NCBI GenBank assembly: GCA_050012475.1
Contig: JBEKHC010000001.1
Span: forward strand, 122,108-186,107
Reading direction: 5' to 3'
From: Candidatus Velthaea sp.
Lineage (GTDB): Bacteria > Vulcanimicrobiota > Vulcanimicrobiia > Vulcanimicrobiales > Vulcanimicrobiaceae
DNA length: 64,000 bases
Part shown: positions 9,700-19,885 of the stretch, piece after piece
Position numbering within the stretch: the stretch's first letter is position 1
How the letters are laid out: every line of letters begins with the position of its first letter
Position numbers and translations under genes: made by a program
The notes under the pieces: model-generated
What the model saw: the letters and a program-made list of their open reading frames with translations, nothing else
What the model was told of the DNA's origin: nothing
The model's database searches: none

Positions 9700-12038
9700 C
9701 AAAACAGCTCCGGCTGCTTGTCGGTCTTTCCCAAACGCGGCGCGATGATCTCGAGGTCCATGAGCCCGAGCAAAATCTTGCGCGGTTTGGTGCCTTCGTG
9801 CGCGCCGACCACTTTGAAATCTTCGAGCTGCTTCATCAACCGCACGGCGCGCGGATGGCCGATCGAGAATTGCGACTGCAATTGCGCGGTCGACGCGTAG
9901 TTGGTTTCGATGATGAACTTCGCCGCGTCGTAGCACAGCGGATCGATGTTGACCTTGGCTTCCTCGTCGGCTTCGATCGGGACCACCTCGACGTCGAGCA
10001 GATTTTCGGGCCGAGCCTGGCGGGCCCAGAACTCGACGAGCCGGTTGATCTCGGCGCCGGTCACGAGCGCGCCTTGCGAGCGCACGGGTTTGGGCGCGTC
10101 GATCGGCAAGTAGAGCATGTCGCCGCGGCCCAATAGGCGTTCGGCCCCGCCCATGTCGAGGATCGTGCGCGAATCGACTTGCGAGCTGACCGCGAAGGCG
10201 ATGCGCGAGGGGATGTTGGCTTTGATGATTCCGGTGATGACGTCGACCGACGGGCGCTGCGTGGCGACGACGAGGTGGATGCCGGTCGCCCGCGCGAGCT
10301 GGGCGATCCGGCAGATCGTCGTTTCGACCCGCGCCGGCGCGATCAGCATCAGATCGGCCAACTCGTCGATGACGATCACCACGTAGGGCAGCTTCTCATC
10401 GGGAAACTTCGCGTTGAATTCTTCGATCTTGCGCACGCCGGCCTTGGCGAAGCGCTCGTAGCGCGAATCCATCTCTTTGGTCATCTCGAAGAGCGCCCCG
10501 GCGGCGAGCTTGGCGTCGGTGATGACTTCTTTGATGAGGTGCGGGATGCCGTTGTAGACCGTCAGTTCGACCCGCTTGGGATCGATCATCAGCAACTGCA
10601 CTTGATCGGGCGTCGCGTTGACGAGCAGCGACGCGATGATGCAATTGAGGCAGACCGATTTCCCCGATCCGGTGGCGCCGGCAACTAGCAGATGCGGCAT
10701 TTTGCCCAGGTCGCCGAATACGACGCGTCCGGTGATGTCCTTGCCCAGCGCCATGTTGAGCGGCGGCACCATGCCGCGCTGCGGCAGCGCTTCGAGAATT
10801 TCGCGAATCGCGACGATCGAGACGGTCGCGTTGGGAACCTCGATGCCGACGGCGGACTTGCCCGGAATCGGCGCTTCGATCCGCACCGACGTCGCGGCCA
10901 GCGCGAGCGCGAGATCGTCGGTCAGGGCGGAGATGCGCGAGATTTTTACGCCGCGTTCGGGCTTGAGTTCGTAGCGGGTAATCGACGGACCGCGTTCGAT
11001 GTGCACGACTTTGGCGCCGACGCCGAACGAGGCCAGCGTATCTTCGAGGATCGTGGCGCGATTGGATTCGTCGACGTGCTGCGCTTGCGGCGCGTCGAAG
11101 ATCGTCAGCTCGGGCAGCCGGTACGCGCGCCGCGCGCCGGCCGGTTCGTACTCGCCGTCGACCGCCTCATTTTCGTCTTCGTCGAGCGCTTCGTCGTCTT
11201 CGAGTTCCTCGTCGTCGTCGAGTTCTTCGTCATCTTCGAGCTCTTCGTCATCTTCGAGCTCTTCGTCATCTTCGAGTTCCTCGTCGTCGTCGAGCTCTTC
11301 ATCGTCGTCGAGCTCTTCCTCGTCGGCATCGGGGTCTTCGACGTACTCGTCACCGGCATCGATCTCGTCGACCGGCTTCACCGGCGCGCTGCGCACCGCG
11401 GCGGGCCGAGCCGCGACGGCGGTCAGCGCGCCGGCCGCCCCGGCGGCTTTGGGAATGAGGGCCGGCAGGTGAAAGGCTTCGCGCAGGCTACGCGGACCGG
11501 GCGCCGCAGCCGGTGCCGAGGCTCGTGAGCCGCCACGCTTGGGGGCCGGCGGCGGCCGCAGCGCGGCCAGCCGCGCGATGCACCAGCCGATGACTTTCTT
11601 CACGGAAACGTTGGTGACCCAAACCGCTATCGACAGCGCTGCCACGACGAGGACGATCTTTTCGCCGATGTCGCCGACGAGGCTGGACAGGCCGCCGTCC
11701 AAGGCGCGTCCGAGCAGGCCGCCGTGGGAGCCCAGCGCCGTGTCGAGGATGATGAAAAAGCCCACCGCCGCCGAACCGAGCGTCGCGATCATCTTGGGGA
11801 CGTTGATCTCGAGGAAGACGATCGCGCCGAGCAGCGCGATCAGGCAAGGAAACCAACCGGCTGCGCCGCCGAAGAGCGCTTGCATGGCGTGCGATGCCGC
11901 GCCGCCGATCGCACCCGTTCGCCCGGCCGGGAGCACAATCGCGATACCCAAGAGCAAGGCGAAGCCTAGCGCCGCGATCCCGGCGAGCTCGAAATTCAGC
12001 CGTGTTGCCGCCGCGGCCTTACGCCGTACGCGTGCCAT
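9699..12038 (-). CDS. ftsK: DNA translocase FtsK/SpoIIIE
   Basis: N-terminal TMs, GATGSGKS, IDPKRVEL, IDELADLM, ATQRPSVDVITG, gamma domain. Confidence 0.97.
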   Translation of the reverse strand: MARVRRKAAAATRLNFELAGIAALGFALLLGIAIVLPAGRTGAIGGAASHAMQALFGGAAGWFPCLIALLGAIVFLEINVPKMIATLGSAAVGFFIILDTALGSHGGLLGRALDGGLSSLVGDIGEKIVLVVAALSIAVWVTNVSVKKVIGWCIARLAALRPPPAPKRGGSRASAPAAAPGPRSLREAFHLPALIPKAAGAAGALTAVAARPAAVRSAPVKPVDEIDAGDEYVEDPDADEEELDDDEELDDDEELEDDEELEDDEELEDDEELDDDEELEDDEALDEDENEAVDGEYEPAGARRAYRLPELTIFDAPQAQHVDESNRATILEDTLASFGVGAKVVHIERGPSITRYELKPERGVKISRISALTDDLALALAATSVRIEAPIPGKSAVGIEVPNATVSIVAIREILEALPQRGMVPPLNMALGKDITGRVVFGDLGKMPHLLVAGATGSGKSVCLNCIIASLLVNATPDQVQLLMIDPKRVELTVYNGIPHLIKEVITDAKLAAGALFEMTKEMDSRYERFAKAGVRKIEEFNAKFPDEKLPYVVIVIDELADLMLIAPARVETTICRIAQLARATGIHLVVATQRPSVDVITGIIKANIPSRIAFAVSSQVDSRTILDMGGAERLLGRGDMLYLPIDAPKPVRSQGALVTGAEINRLVEFWARQARPENLLDVEVVPIEADEEAKVNIDPLCYDAAKFIIETNYASTAQLQSQFSIGHPRAVRLMKQLEDFKVVGAHEGTKPRKILLGLMDLEIIAPRLGKTDKQPELF
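11182..11325 (-). repeat. 8 x 18-bp coding tandem repeat encoding an acidic DDEEL(E/D) linker in FtsK
   Basis: Units near tcgagYtcYtcgtcRtcK read directly. Confidence 0.9.
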
Positions 12039-12138
12039 TGGCGACGAGAATACTTCGTGCGTCTACCGGACTCCGCCAGTACGCGCGCGAAGCGTCGCTC
12101 AGGCGGCGTAAAGACTGCGCGCCGCTCAAGGAAGTATT

Positions 12139-13212
12139 GTGTTCAAACCAAGCGTCGTCGTGCTCGACGGCGATGAGACCGGTCAAGAGCTGCTGCTGGA
12201 ATCGCTGCGCGTCCTCGCGCCGGACGTCGTCGGCATGGAGATCGAATTCAAGCACTTCGACTTGTCGCTGGGATCGCGGCGCGCGACCCAGAACGGCATC
12301 GTGCACGAGGCGGCGGCGGCGATGAAGGTCGCGACGCTGGGCCTCAAAGCCGCGACGATCACGCCGGAAACCCGCGACGACGTGGGTTCGCCCAATGCAA
12401 TTTTGCGCCGCGAGATCGACGGCGAAGTCATCGTTCGGACCGGGCGCCGAATTCCGGGTGTGCGGCCGGTCGCCGGCATTCACGCGCCGATCTCCGTCGT
12501 GCGCATGGCGGTCGGCGACGCCTACGGCGCCAAAGAATGGCGCGAGGGCAGCGGCGACGACGAAGTGGCCTATCGAACCGAACGGATCGAGCGCTCCGTG
12601 TGCCGGCACGTTGCGGAGTACGCTTTTTTTCACGCCCGGAAAATGGGCGCGAAGGTCTTCGGCGGCCCCAAGTACACGGTCAGCCCGGTGTACGAGGGGA
12701 TGCTCAAGGAAGAACTCGACCACGCCGCGGCGCGCTACCCGGATGTGACGTACGAACCGCAGCTCATCGACGCAACGTACGCGCTGTTGATCGCGTCGGC
12801 GGGCGACGCGATGGTCATTCCCACCTTGAACCGCGACGGCGACTGCATGTCGGATCTGGTGATGCAGCTCTTCGGCTCGATCGCCGGCGCGGAATCGGTT
12901 CTGCTCGCCTTCGGCCCCAAGTTGCGCCCTAGCGTCGTCATGGCGGAAGCACCCCACGGCACCGCGCCGCGTTTGTTCGGCAAGAACGTCGCCAACCCGA
13001 TGGCGATGATACTCGCCTCGGCCGCACTGCTGGGCCACATCGACGACAGGCGCGCGGTGAACGCGTCGCGGGCGATGTACGAATCCGTGCTCGAAACCGT
13101 GCGCGGCGGGCTCGCCACCAGCGATCTGGGCGGCCACGCGGGGACGACGGAATTCACCGACGCGGTGATCGCCAAGGTCAAAACCAAACTCGACGTCTGG
13201 GCGACGCTGTAG
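12139..13212 (+). CDS. Isocitrate/isopropylmalate dehydrogenase family protein
   Basis: LDGDETG, KAATITP, SPNAILR, NRDGDCMSD, EAPHGTAP, ANPMAMIL, TSDLGG. Confidence 0.9.
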   Translation: MFKPSVVVLDGDETGQELLLESLRVLAPDVVGMEIEFKHFDLSLGSRRATQNGIVHEAAAAMKVATLGLKAATITPETRDDVGSPNAILRREIDGEVIVRTGRRIPGVRPVAGIHAPISVVRMAVGDAYGAKEWREGSGDDEVAYRTERIERSVCRHVAEYAFFHARKMGAKVFGGPKYTVSPVYEGMLKEELDHAAARYPDVTYEPQLIDATYALLIASAGDAMVIPTLNRDGDCMSDLVMQLFGSIAGAESVLLAFGPKLRPSVVMAEAPHGTAPRLFGKNVANPMAMILASAALLGHIDDRRAVNASRAMYESVLETVRGGLATSDLGGHAGTTEFTDAVIAKVKTKLDVWATL

Positions 13213-13230
13213 CGGCTCGGGCGAAGCCGT

Positions 13231-14118
13231 TCAGCGTTCTTTGGGGTCGAGCGCGTCGCGCAGCCCGTCGCCCAGCAGATTGAAGCCCAGCACGAGAACC
13301 GTGATCGAGGCGCCCGGAAAGATCAGCGCCCACGGTGCGCTCAGCCAGTAGTCACGGGCGTCGTTGAGCATCGCTCCCCATTCGGGCATGGGCGGGCGCG
13401 CGCCCAGTCCCAGATAGGATAATCCGGCCGCTTCGAGTTCGGCCGTCGCGATGCCGAGCGTGGCCTGAACCAGCAGCGGCGTCAAAATGTTGGGCAAGAT
13501 GTGGCGGGCGAGGATCGCAGGCGTCCGCGCGCCCAGCGCGCGCGCCGCTTCGACGAATTCGGTGTCTCGCAGGTTGAGCACCGAGGAGCGGGCCAGGCGG
13601 GCGTACTGCGGCACGTACACGATGCCGACGGCAATCATCAAATTGGTGATGCTCGGCCCCAGAATCGTCGTGATGCCGATCGCGAGAATGATCGAGGGAA
13701 ACGCCAGCATGATGTCCATCGCGCCCATGAGCAGCGCGTCGATCCGGCCGCCGACATAACCGGCGACCAAGCCGATGAGGGTCCCGGCACTGATTGCTAG
13801 ACCCACGGCCACGAAGCCGATGCGAATCGAGATTCGCGCGCCGTAGACGATGCGGGCGAACAGGTCGCGGCCCAGCTTGTCGGTGCCGAACCAATGGGCG
13901 GCACTGGGGGCCTGCGCTTGCTGCAGAAGGTTCTGCGACAGCGGGTCGGATCCGGCGAGCAGTGGGGCGAAGACGGCTATCAGGACGATGAGCGTCACGA
14001 TCGCCGCTCCGGTCAGGGCGCCGGGCGCGCGCCGGAACCGGCGCCAGACGTCGGCCGCGAAACTGCGTGACGGGGCGTCGCCGGGTCGCCCAGTTTCGGA
14101 GAGGACGGTGGTGGCCAT
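13231..14118 (-). CDS. Peptide ABC transporter permease (DppC/OppC), no partner subunits adjacent
   Basis: HWFGTDKLGRD, EFVEAARALGA, RHILPN, GFNLLGDGLRDALDP. Confidence 0.92.
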   Translation of the reverse strand: MATTVLSETGRPGDAPSRSFAADVWRRFRRAPGALTGAAIVTLIVLIAVFAPLLAGSDPLSQNLLQQAQAPSAAHWFGTDKLGRDLFARIVYGARISIRIGFVAVGLAISAGTLIGLVAGYVGGRIDALLMGAMDIMLAFPSIILAIGITTILGPSITNLMIAVGIVYVPQYARLARSSVLNLRDTEFVEAARALGARTPAILARHILPNILTPLLVQATLGIATAELEAAGLSYLGLGARPPMPEWGAMLNDARDYWLSAPWALIFPGASITVLVLGFNLLGDGLRDALDPKER

Positions 14119-14220
14119 CGAAGGGCCAGGCTTTTCTGACTCGCGTCGCGCCGGTCCCGCCGTTGCGCAGGGACGGGACTGACGAGGACATGGACGTTGC
14201 CCCTGGGTACCTATGCGCGA

Positions 14221-14847
14221 ATGAAGCGCAGCGGATCGGCCCCGGCATTCGTCCGGCCGGCGATTCTCGAAGGAATTCTCATGCTGACGGGCGCGGTGGT
14301 CGCCGTCGTGACGATCCTCGCGGGCCACAGCATCCATTGCACGGCGCTCGTCGAGTTCGGCATGCTCAGCGCCATCGCTGCGGCCTCGGCCGGCGCCCTC
14401 TTCGCGCGCTACGTGGTCGAAGTCTGCGGGATCGTCGCCGACTACCGCGCCCTCGAATGCTGGGGCGTGCGCATCAGCGCCGCCGGATACGGCGTGCTCG
14501 GATTGTACGCCGCCGCGAACGGGCTGCTCGACATTGCCGTGCCGCGCCGCGATGCCGACTGGGTCTCCTATCCGGGATTGGTCATGGCCATCGTCGCGAC
14601 CCTGGTGTCGCTGGTGGTGCTGCAATCGAAATTCCGCATTCTCGAGCAGCTGCCTAGCCGCTCGCTGCTCGAGAGCTTGTCGGACGACGGCGTGTATCTC
14701 AGCCTAGGCGTCGTCACGCTCGTGGCGCTGATCGGACACATTTTCGTACCGGCGTGGTGGCTGGACACCGTACTTGACGGCATCTTCATCGCGCTCGTCG
14801 TCGTGAAGATGCAGACCATCCGTCATCGGGCGCTGCTGCTCGACTGA
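14221..14847 (+). CDS. Integral membrane protein, cation-efflux (CDF)-like TM domain
   Basis: About six hydrophobic segments and WWLD near the C-terminus; start uncertain. Confidence 0.55.
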   Translation: MKRSGSAPAFVRPAILEGILMLTGAVVAVVTILAGHSIHCTALVEFGMLSAIAAASAGALFARYVVEVCGIVADYRALECWGVRISAAGYGVLGLYAAANGLLDIAVPRRDADWVSYPGLVMAIVATLVSLVVLQSKFRILEQLPSRSLLESLSDDGVYLSLGVVTLVALIGHIFVPAWWLDTVLDGIFIALVVVKMQTIRHRALLLD

Positions 14848-15009
14848 CGCTCGGCGCCGCCGCGCCGGCGCCCGCCGCCGCCGGCCGATCGGGTCCCGGC
14901 ACGCGCCGCTCGTCGGCCCGGCGGGCGCCTCGTGCAGGAGGCTGCCGGCACTTTCGCGCGGGCGACGACCACAAAAGTGCAAGAAACGGCACCTTCTCTG
15001 CGATAGTCT

Positions 15010-16167
15010 ATGCTCCATATGGTCACGGACGCAGCTTTACTTGCCATCGAGCACAAAGTCGACGAGGGCATTCCGCTCTCTCGCGAAGACGGTCTCACCC
15101 TCTTCCGAACGCCCGATCTGCACTCGTTGGGCCGTTTGGCCAAAACGGCGAAGGAACGCAAGAGCGGCAAGAACGTCTACTACGTTCTCAATCGCTACAT
15201 CAACTCGACCAACGTCTGCTACGCGAATTGCCGGTTCTGTTCGTTTGCGAAAGCGGAAAAGGACGCCGAGGCGGTGCGGATGTCGGCCGACGAGGTCGTC
15301 GCCAAAGCGCTCGAGACCGGATCGAATTTCAATCAGCTCCACATCGTTGGCGGTCACGATCCGCGCCAGCTGTCACTCGATTACTGGCTGCCCGTGATGC
15401 GGCGCTTCAAACAGATGCTGCCGCACGTGCAGCTTTCTTTCTTCACTTCGGCCGAGATCGATTACATGGCGCGCCGTCATCGGTTGACGTACACGCAGAT
15501 CTTGGAGCAACTGCGCGACGCCGGGCTCGACAACATCAACGGCGGCGGGGCCGAGATCTTCGCACCGCGCTTCCGGGCTGCCGTCTGCCCCAACAAAGTC
15601 GATGCGGCGCACTGGCTGGACGTTCACGAGGTCGCCCATCGCTTGGGCATCGCCTCGAACGCGACGATGCTCTACGGTACGCTCGAAACACTCGAAGAGC
15701 GAGTCGAGCACTTGATCATGCTGCGCGAATCGCAGCAGCGTTCGCCCGGGTTCAATGCGTTCATTCCGCTCGCGTTTCATCCCGACGGCAACGAGCTCAG
15801 CCATTACGGCTGGACCAGCGGCTTGGATGACATCCGGATGTTTGCCGTCTCGCGCCTGATGCTCAACAATTTCGACCACATCAAAGCGTATTGGATGATT
15901 CAGGGCCTCAAGGTGTGTCAGCTCGCGCTCGAATACGGCGCCGACGACATGGACGGAACGCATGGCTCGACTGACGAGGAACGCATCTACCACAGCGCGG
16001 GGACGCAGTCCGGGCAGTACGTCGACGACCGCGAGTTCCGGCGCTTGATCGAAGAAGCCGGGTACGTCGCGGTCCGCCGGAATTCGACCTACGAAACCTT
16101 CCCCTTCGATTGGCAACCCGCCGGGCGCGAGCTGACGGCGGCCGGCGCCGCCGGGGCGCCGGTTTGA
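15010..16167 (+). CDS. mqnE: Aminofutalosine synthase (radical SAM, CofH/MqnE family)
   Basis: NSTNVCYANCRFCSF, GGGAEIF, FIPLAFHP, NNFDHIKAYW; operon with mqnA and mqnC; alternative start 15019. Confidence 0.88.
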   Translation: MLHMVTDAALLAIEHKVDEGIPLSREDGLTLFRTPDLHSLGRLAKTAKERKSGKNVYYVLNRYINSTNVCYANCRFCSFAKAEKDAEAVRMSADEVVAKALETGSNFNQLHIVGGHDPRQLSLDYWLPVMRRFKQMLPHVQLSFFTSAEIDYMARRHRLTYTQILEQLRDAGLDNINGGGAEIFAPRFRAAVCPNKVDAAHWLDVHEVAHRLGIASNATMLYGTLETLEERVEHLIMLRESQQRSPGFNAFIPLAFHPDGNELSHYGWTSGLDDIRMFAVSRLMLNNFDHIKAYWMIQGLKVCQLALEYGADDMDGTHGSTDEERIYHSAGTQSGQYVDDREFRRLIEEAGYVAVRRNSTYETFPFDWQPAGRELTAAGAAGAPV

Positions 16168-17000
16168 GTTCACTGCGTGCCGGGCGAATCGTCTACACCA
16201 ACGATGTTCCGATCTACGCCGCCTTCGATCGCGGCGCGGTAACCTTCCCGGGATCGCTGCTCGAAGCGGTGCCGGCCGATCTCAATGCGATGCTGCTCGA
16301 CGGCCGGCTCGACGTCAGCCCGATCAGCGCGTTCGCTTATTTGGCGAACGCGGACCGGCTCGCGCTGCTCGGGCGTCTGTGCATCGGCTCGCGCAGCGAC
16401 GTTTGGTCGGTCGTGCTCGTGAGCGCCGAGCCGCCCGGGGCGCTCGACGGTGCGCGCATCGCGGTCACCAAAGAATCGGCGAGCGGCCGGAATCTGTTGC
16501 GCATTCTGCTCGAGCGGCGTTTTGGCGTGCGGGCCGAGTTCGTCGAAGTCGACGATCCGCTCGAACGCGCCGTTGCCGGTCAGCCGGCGTTTCTCATCGG
16601 CGATCGCGCGATCGACGCGCAGCTTGCCTTCGCGCCCGGTCTGGTGCACGATTTGGGTTCGCTGTGGCACGAGTGGACCGGGCTCGACATGGTCTACGCC
16701 GTTTGGGCCGCGCGGCGCGATGTGGTTCGCGCCAATCCCGCCGGCGTCCGGGCGGCGCTCGAAGCGCTGGTCACCGCGCGCACCTGGGGCTATGCAAATC
16801 CCCAAGACGTGATCGCTGCGGCGCAGACGCACGTTTCACGTCCCGCCGGCTTCTATGCAGCGTATTTCGCAACGCTGAACTTCGAGCTCGACGAACGCGC
16901 GCTCGTCGGCCTGCGCCGCTTTGCCGACGAGTTGGCTGCGATCGGCGCGATCGCGCCGCATCCGTCCGTCACCCCGGAGGTGGACCTTGTCGCTCGCTGA
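16164..17000 (+). CDS. mqnA: Chorismate dehydratase
   Basis: GRIVYTNDVPIY, LIGDRAI, DLGSLWHEWTGLDMVYAVW; TTG overlaps mqnE stop. Confidence 0.88.
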   Translation: MSSLRAGRIVYTNDVPIYAAFDRGAVTFPGSLLEAVPADLNAMLLDGRLDVSPISAFAYLANADRLALLGRLCIGSRSDVWSVVLVSAEPPGALDGARIAVTKESASGRNLLRILLERRFGVRAEFVEVDDPLERAVAGQPAFLIGDRAIDAQLAFAPGLVHDLGSLWHEWTGLDMVYAVWAARRDVVRANPAGVRAALEALVTARTWGYANPQDVIAAAQTHVSRPAGFYAAYFATLNFELDERALVGLRRFADELAAIGAIAPHPSVTPEVDLVAR

Positions 17001-18069
17001 CCTCATCGATCGCGCGGCGGGCGGCGGGCGACTGTCGCTCGCCGAAGGCGTGCGGCTGTATCAAGAGGCGCCGTTGCACGAGCTGGGCGCAGCCGCCCAC
17101 GCGCGGCGCATGCAGCTCTATCCGACGACCGACGTCACCTACGTGATCGACACGACGATCAACTACACGAACATCTGCAACGTGCACTGCACGTTCTGCG
17201 CGTTCTTTCGGCCCGAGAAACACGGCGAAGGCTACACCATGTCGCACGACAAGGTGCTCGAGCGCGTGAAGTTCGCCGCCGATGCGGGCGCCACCCAGAT
17301 CATGATTCAGGGCGGCGTCAATCCGGAGCTGCGCATCGGTTGGTTCGAGCAGCTGTTCGCGCGCGTGCGCGCCGAGTTTCCGCAGGTCGATATCCATTCA
17401 CTCTCGGTTTCCGAGGTCACCGGCCTCGCCGCCATCGAAGGACTCACGCCGCGCGAAGTGCTCGTTCGGCTGCAGGCGGCAGGCTTGAAATCATTGCCCG
17501 GCGCCGGCGCTGAGATCCTCGTCGAGCGCGTGCGCAAACGGATCAGCGCGCGCAAAGTGAAACCCGATCAGTGGCTGGGTGTGATGCGCGACGCGCAGCA
17601 GCTGGGAATGCCGACGACGGCGACGATGATGTTCGGCTCGATCGAAACCGAAGCCGAACGCATCGAGCACATGTCGGTCTTGCGCGATCTGCAGGACGAA
17701 ACGGGCGGTTTCACGGCGTTCATCCCCTGGTACTACATCCCGTTCAAAACGCCGCTGCGCGGACGGGAGGCGAGCGCGCTCTCGTACATGCGCGTCCTGG
17801 CGATGTCGCGGCTGTTCCTCGACAACGTGCCGCATCTGCAAGCGTCGTGGCTCACGCCCGGGCTCAAACTCGGTCAGCTCGCACTGTTTTACGGCTGCGA
17901 CGACATGGGCGGCACGATCCTCGAAGAGCGCGTGGTGCATGACGCCGGCGCGACGAACGAGGCGACCCGCGCCCAACTCGAACGGTTGGTGATCGATGCC
18001 GGATTCCGCCCGGTCATCCGCGATACGTACTGGAATCTGCGCCCCGACATGAGCCTGGCAACGGCCTGA
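16987..18069 (+). CDS. mqnC: Cyclic dehypoxanthine futalosine synthase
   Basis: INYTNICNVHCTFCAF, QGGVNPEL, GFTAFIPW, HLQASWLTPG; GGAGG RBS before TTG. Confidence 0.9.
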   Translation: MSLADLIDRAAGGGRLSLAEGVRLYQEAPLHELGAAAHARRMQLYPTTDVTYVIDTTINYTNICNVHCTFCAFFRPEKHGEGYTMSHDKVLERVKFAADAGATQIMIQGGVNPELRIGWFEQLFARVRAEFPQVDIHSLSVSEVTGLAAIEGLTPREVLVRLQAAGLKSLPGAGAEILVERVRKRISARKVKPDQWLGVMRDAQQLGMPTTATMMFGSIETEAERIEHMSVLRDLQDETGGFTAFIPWYYIPFKTPLRGREASALSYMRVLAMSRLFLDNVPHLQASWLTPGLKLGQLALFYGCDDMGGTILEERVVHDAGATNEATRAQLERLVIDAGFRPVIRDTYWNLRPDMSLATA

Positions 18070-18076
18070 TCCGGAG

Positions 18077-18345
18077 CCCAGCAGCGCCGTTTCCTTCAAC
18101 ACTGAGGCGCGAAGCGAACAAAGCCCAGCGCGTGGCCTGTTGAAAAGATGCGATTGAGTCGGCCCTCGCAAGGGGCCCAGCAGCGTCGCTTACTTCAACA
18201 CTGAGGCGCGAAGCGACGAAACCCAGCGCGCCGCGTGATGAAAGATGCGTTGAGTTGGTCCTGGCGAGGAGCCTAGCGGCGAAGTTTGCTTCAGCAAATG
18301 AGCCGCGTAGCGACGAAGTCCAGGGCCAACTCAACGCATCTTTCA
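18077..18345. repeat. About 100-bp degenerate tandem units; last unit MITE-like with 26-bp inverted repeats
   Basis: cttcaacactgaggcgcgaagcga occurs twice; arms 18239-18264 and 18320-18345 match 25/26. Confidence 0.8.
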
Positions 18346-18816
18346 GGTGAGGTTGATGTGGTAGGTGGTCAGCTCGGTGCGGGTTGCGATCCGATCGTAA
18401 ATCGCGCGCAGTTCGGGCTCGTTGTCGCTGACCCAGTTGACTTCGCTCCAGCCGCGTTTGCGTGACGTGTTGCAGACATATTCGACGAGCCGCTCGGTTA
18501 GGTCGGACTCACGGTGCGAGTGAGCGACGTACAGATCGTCGAGCCAACAGGCTTCGGTCCCGTTGAGCGTGTTGGGATATGGGCGAAAGTGCGCGAAGCC
18601 GACGATCTCTTTGCGGCTATCAATCGCGATGACGCCCGCGACGCGATACGTTCCGTCGAGCAACCAGCGCCAGAGCATGCCGCCGATGCGACGGTCGGGA
18701 CGTACACCGCGCTCGGCCGCGTAACGCTCGTAGAGCGAAAACCACGCATCGAACATTCCGGCGTGGGGGCCAACCAGGGACGTGGCCGTTGAACTGTTGG
18801 TCGACGTTTCCGGCAT
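18343..18816 (-). CDS. GNAT-family N-acetyltransferase
   Basis: IVGFAHFRP, CWLDDLYVA, KRGWSEVNW, IYDRIA. Confidence 0.85.
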   Translation of the reverse strand: MPETSTNSSTATSLVGPHAGMFDAWFSLYERYAAERGVRPDRRIGGMLWRWLLDGTYRVAGVIAIDSRKEIVGFAHFRPYPNTLNGTEACWLDDLYVAHSHRESDLTERLVEYVCNTSRKRGWSEVNWVSDNEPELRAIYDRIATRTELTTYHINLT

Positions 18817-18925
18817 GGTGCGCCTTGCATTCGCATATCTCGGCGCCGTCACATGCCGGCAATCGCGGCATCATCGCAAAGGCTTACGCTGCGGACACAC
18901 TTTTCACCCGATCGTGGAGATTTTC

Positions 18926-19354
18926 GTGCCGAGCAACGTTTCATCAGTCATCGGCGCCGCGCCGAACGCAGCGCAAACGCTGCGAAAAACAAACCCTGCC
19001 GCACCGGTGAGCAGCGGCAGTCCGCCGGATCGTGTTGCGCTCCAAAGCAAGCCGATGCCGGCATTGCTCATCGGCGCTGCGGCGGCGGCGCAACTCGTGC
19101 CCGGCGTCGTCGAGGCCGAAGGCGCAACGGGTGCCGCCTCCGCAATCGGTGTCGCCGTTCGCGCCGCAACCGCGAACCCTGCGGCAAGAACGCTCATTGC
19201 GGCAGGCGCCGGTGCCGCCGGGAGCTACGCAAAGTCGCTGCTGCACGACGCAACCGCAGGTCAGCCAGCCTTCAAGGCGCTGGCGAACGCCGGGCACGCG
19301 ATCGATGCATCGATTCGCACGGGTCTGGGCATCGCGTCCAGCGATCAACGCTGA
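18926..19354 (+). CDS. Ala-rich hypothetical protein
   Basis: GGAG RBS then GTG; stop overlaps next ATG. Confidence 0.5.
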   Translation: MPSNVSSVIGAAPNAAQTLRKTNPAAPVSSGSPPDRVALQSKPMPALLIGAAAAAQLVPGVVEAEGATGAASAIGVAVRAATANPAARTLIAAGAGAAGSYAKSLLHDATAGQPAFKALANAGHAIDASIRTGLGIASSDQR

Positions 19355-19683
19355 TGCGCGGCGTCCTTCATTCGTGGTGGTTTCGGCAAGGCGTCATCGT
19401 CGCCGTCGCCGAGGTGCTCGGATATCTGCTCGCGATCGAATTGCGCGACCGGTATCCGCAAGAGCTGTGTTTTCTGGCCGTATTCTGCCTCATGACCGCG
19501 CTCGACGAATATCGGGTCCGGCGCAGATTCGGGCGCATGCCCAGCGCCGGACGCGTTGAAAAGCCGCCATTGCGTGATGTGACGGACGGTCCGAAGCGAG
19601 CCGATTCGCCGCGGCCGGAGCGGTCCGCGGCCAACGGCGGCGAGTCGAACCTCGTGCTGCTCAGGCGCCCGCCCGGCGCCTGA
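19354..19683 (+). CDS. Small two-TM hypothetical protein
   Basis: TGATG coupling; two hydrophobic segments. Confidence 0.55.
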   Translation: MRGVLHSWWFRQGVIVAVAEVLGYLLAIELRDRYPQELCFLAVFCLMTALDEYRVRRRFGRMPSAGRVEKPPLRDVTDGPKRADSPRPERSAANGGESNLVLLRRPPGA

Positions 19684-19885
19684 TCGAGCGCAGCACGTTT
19701 TCGAGGTAACCGATATATTCTTGCGCGTGGGTGAAGCGCCACATTTGCAGCAGCTTGGGGTCAACGTCGTGGGCGTTGGCCCACGCCGTTTCATCGCCGC
19801 TCATCGCCGCTTGAAAAAGCACGGCGATGATTTGTTCCGTGCTCGGTTCGTCGTCGCCGGCGCCGGGCGTCGTGCGATCGCTCAT
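19661..19885 (-). CDS. Small hypothetical protein coupled to mnmA
   Basis: ATGA overlap with mnmA stop; protein-like 74-aa composition. Confidence 0.55.
   Translation of the reverse strand: MSDRTTPGAGDDEPSTEQIIAVLFQAAMSGDETAWANAHDVDPKLLQMWRFTHAQEYIGYLENVLRSIRRRAGA

Noticed and set aside
18196..18225. Hammerhead ribozyme-like CTGAGG...CGAAAC
   Set aside because: Core needs CUGANGA, but position 9 is C here, and I found no convincing stems I and III
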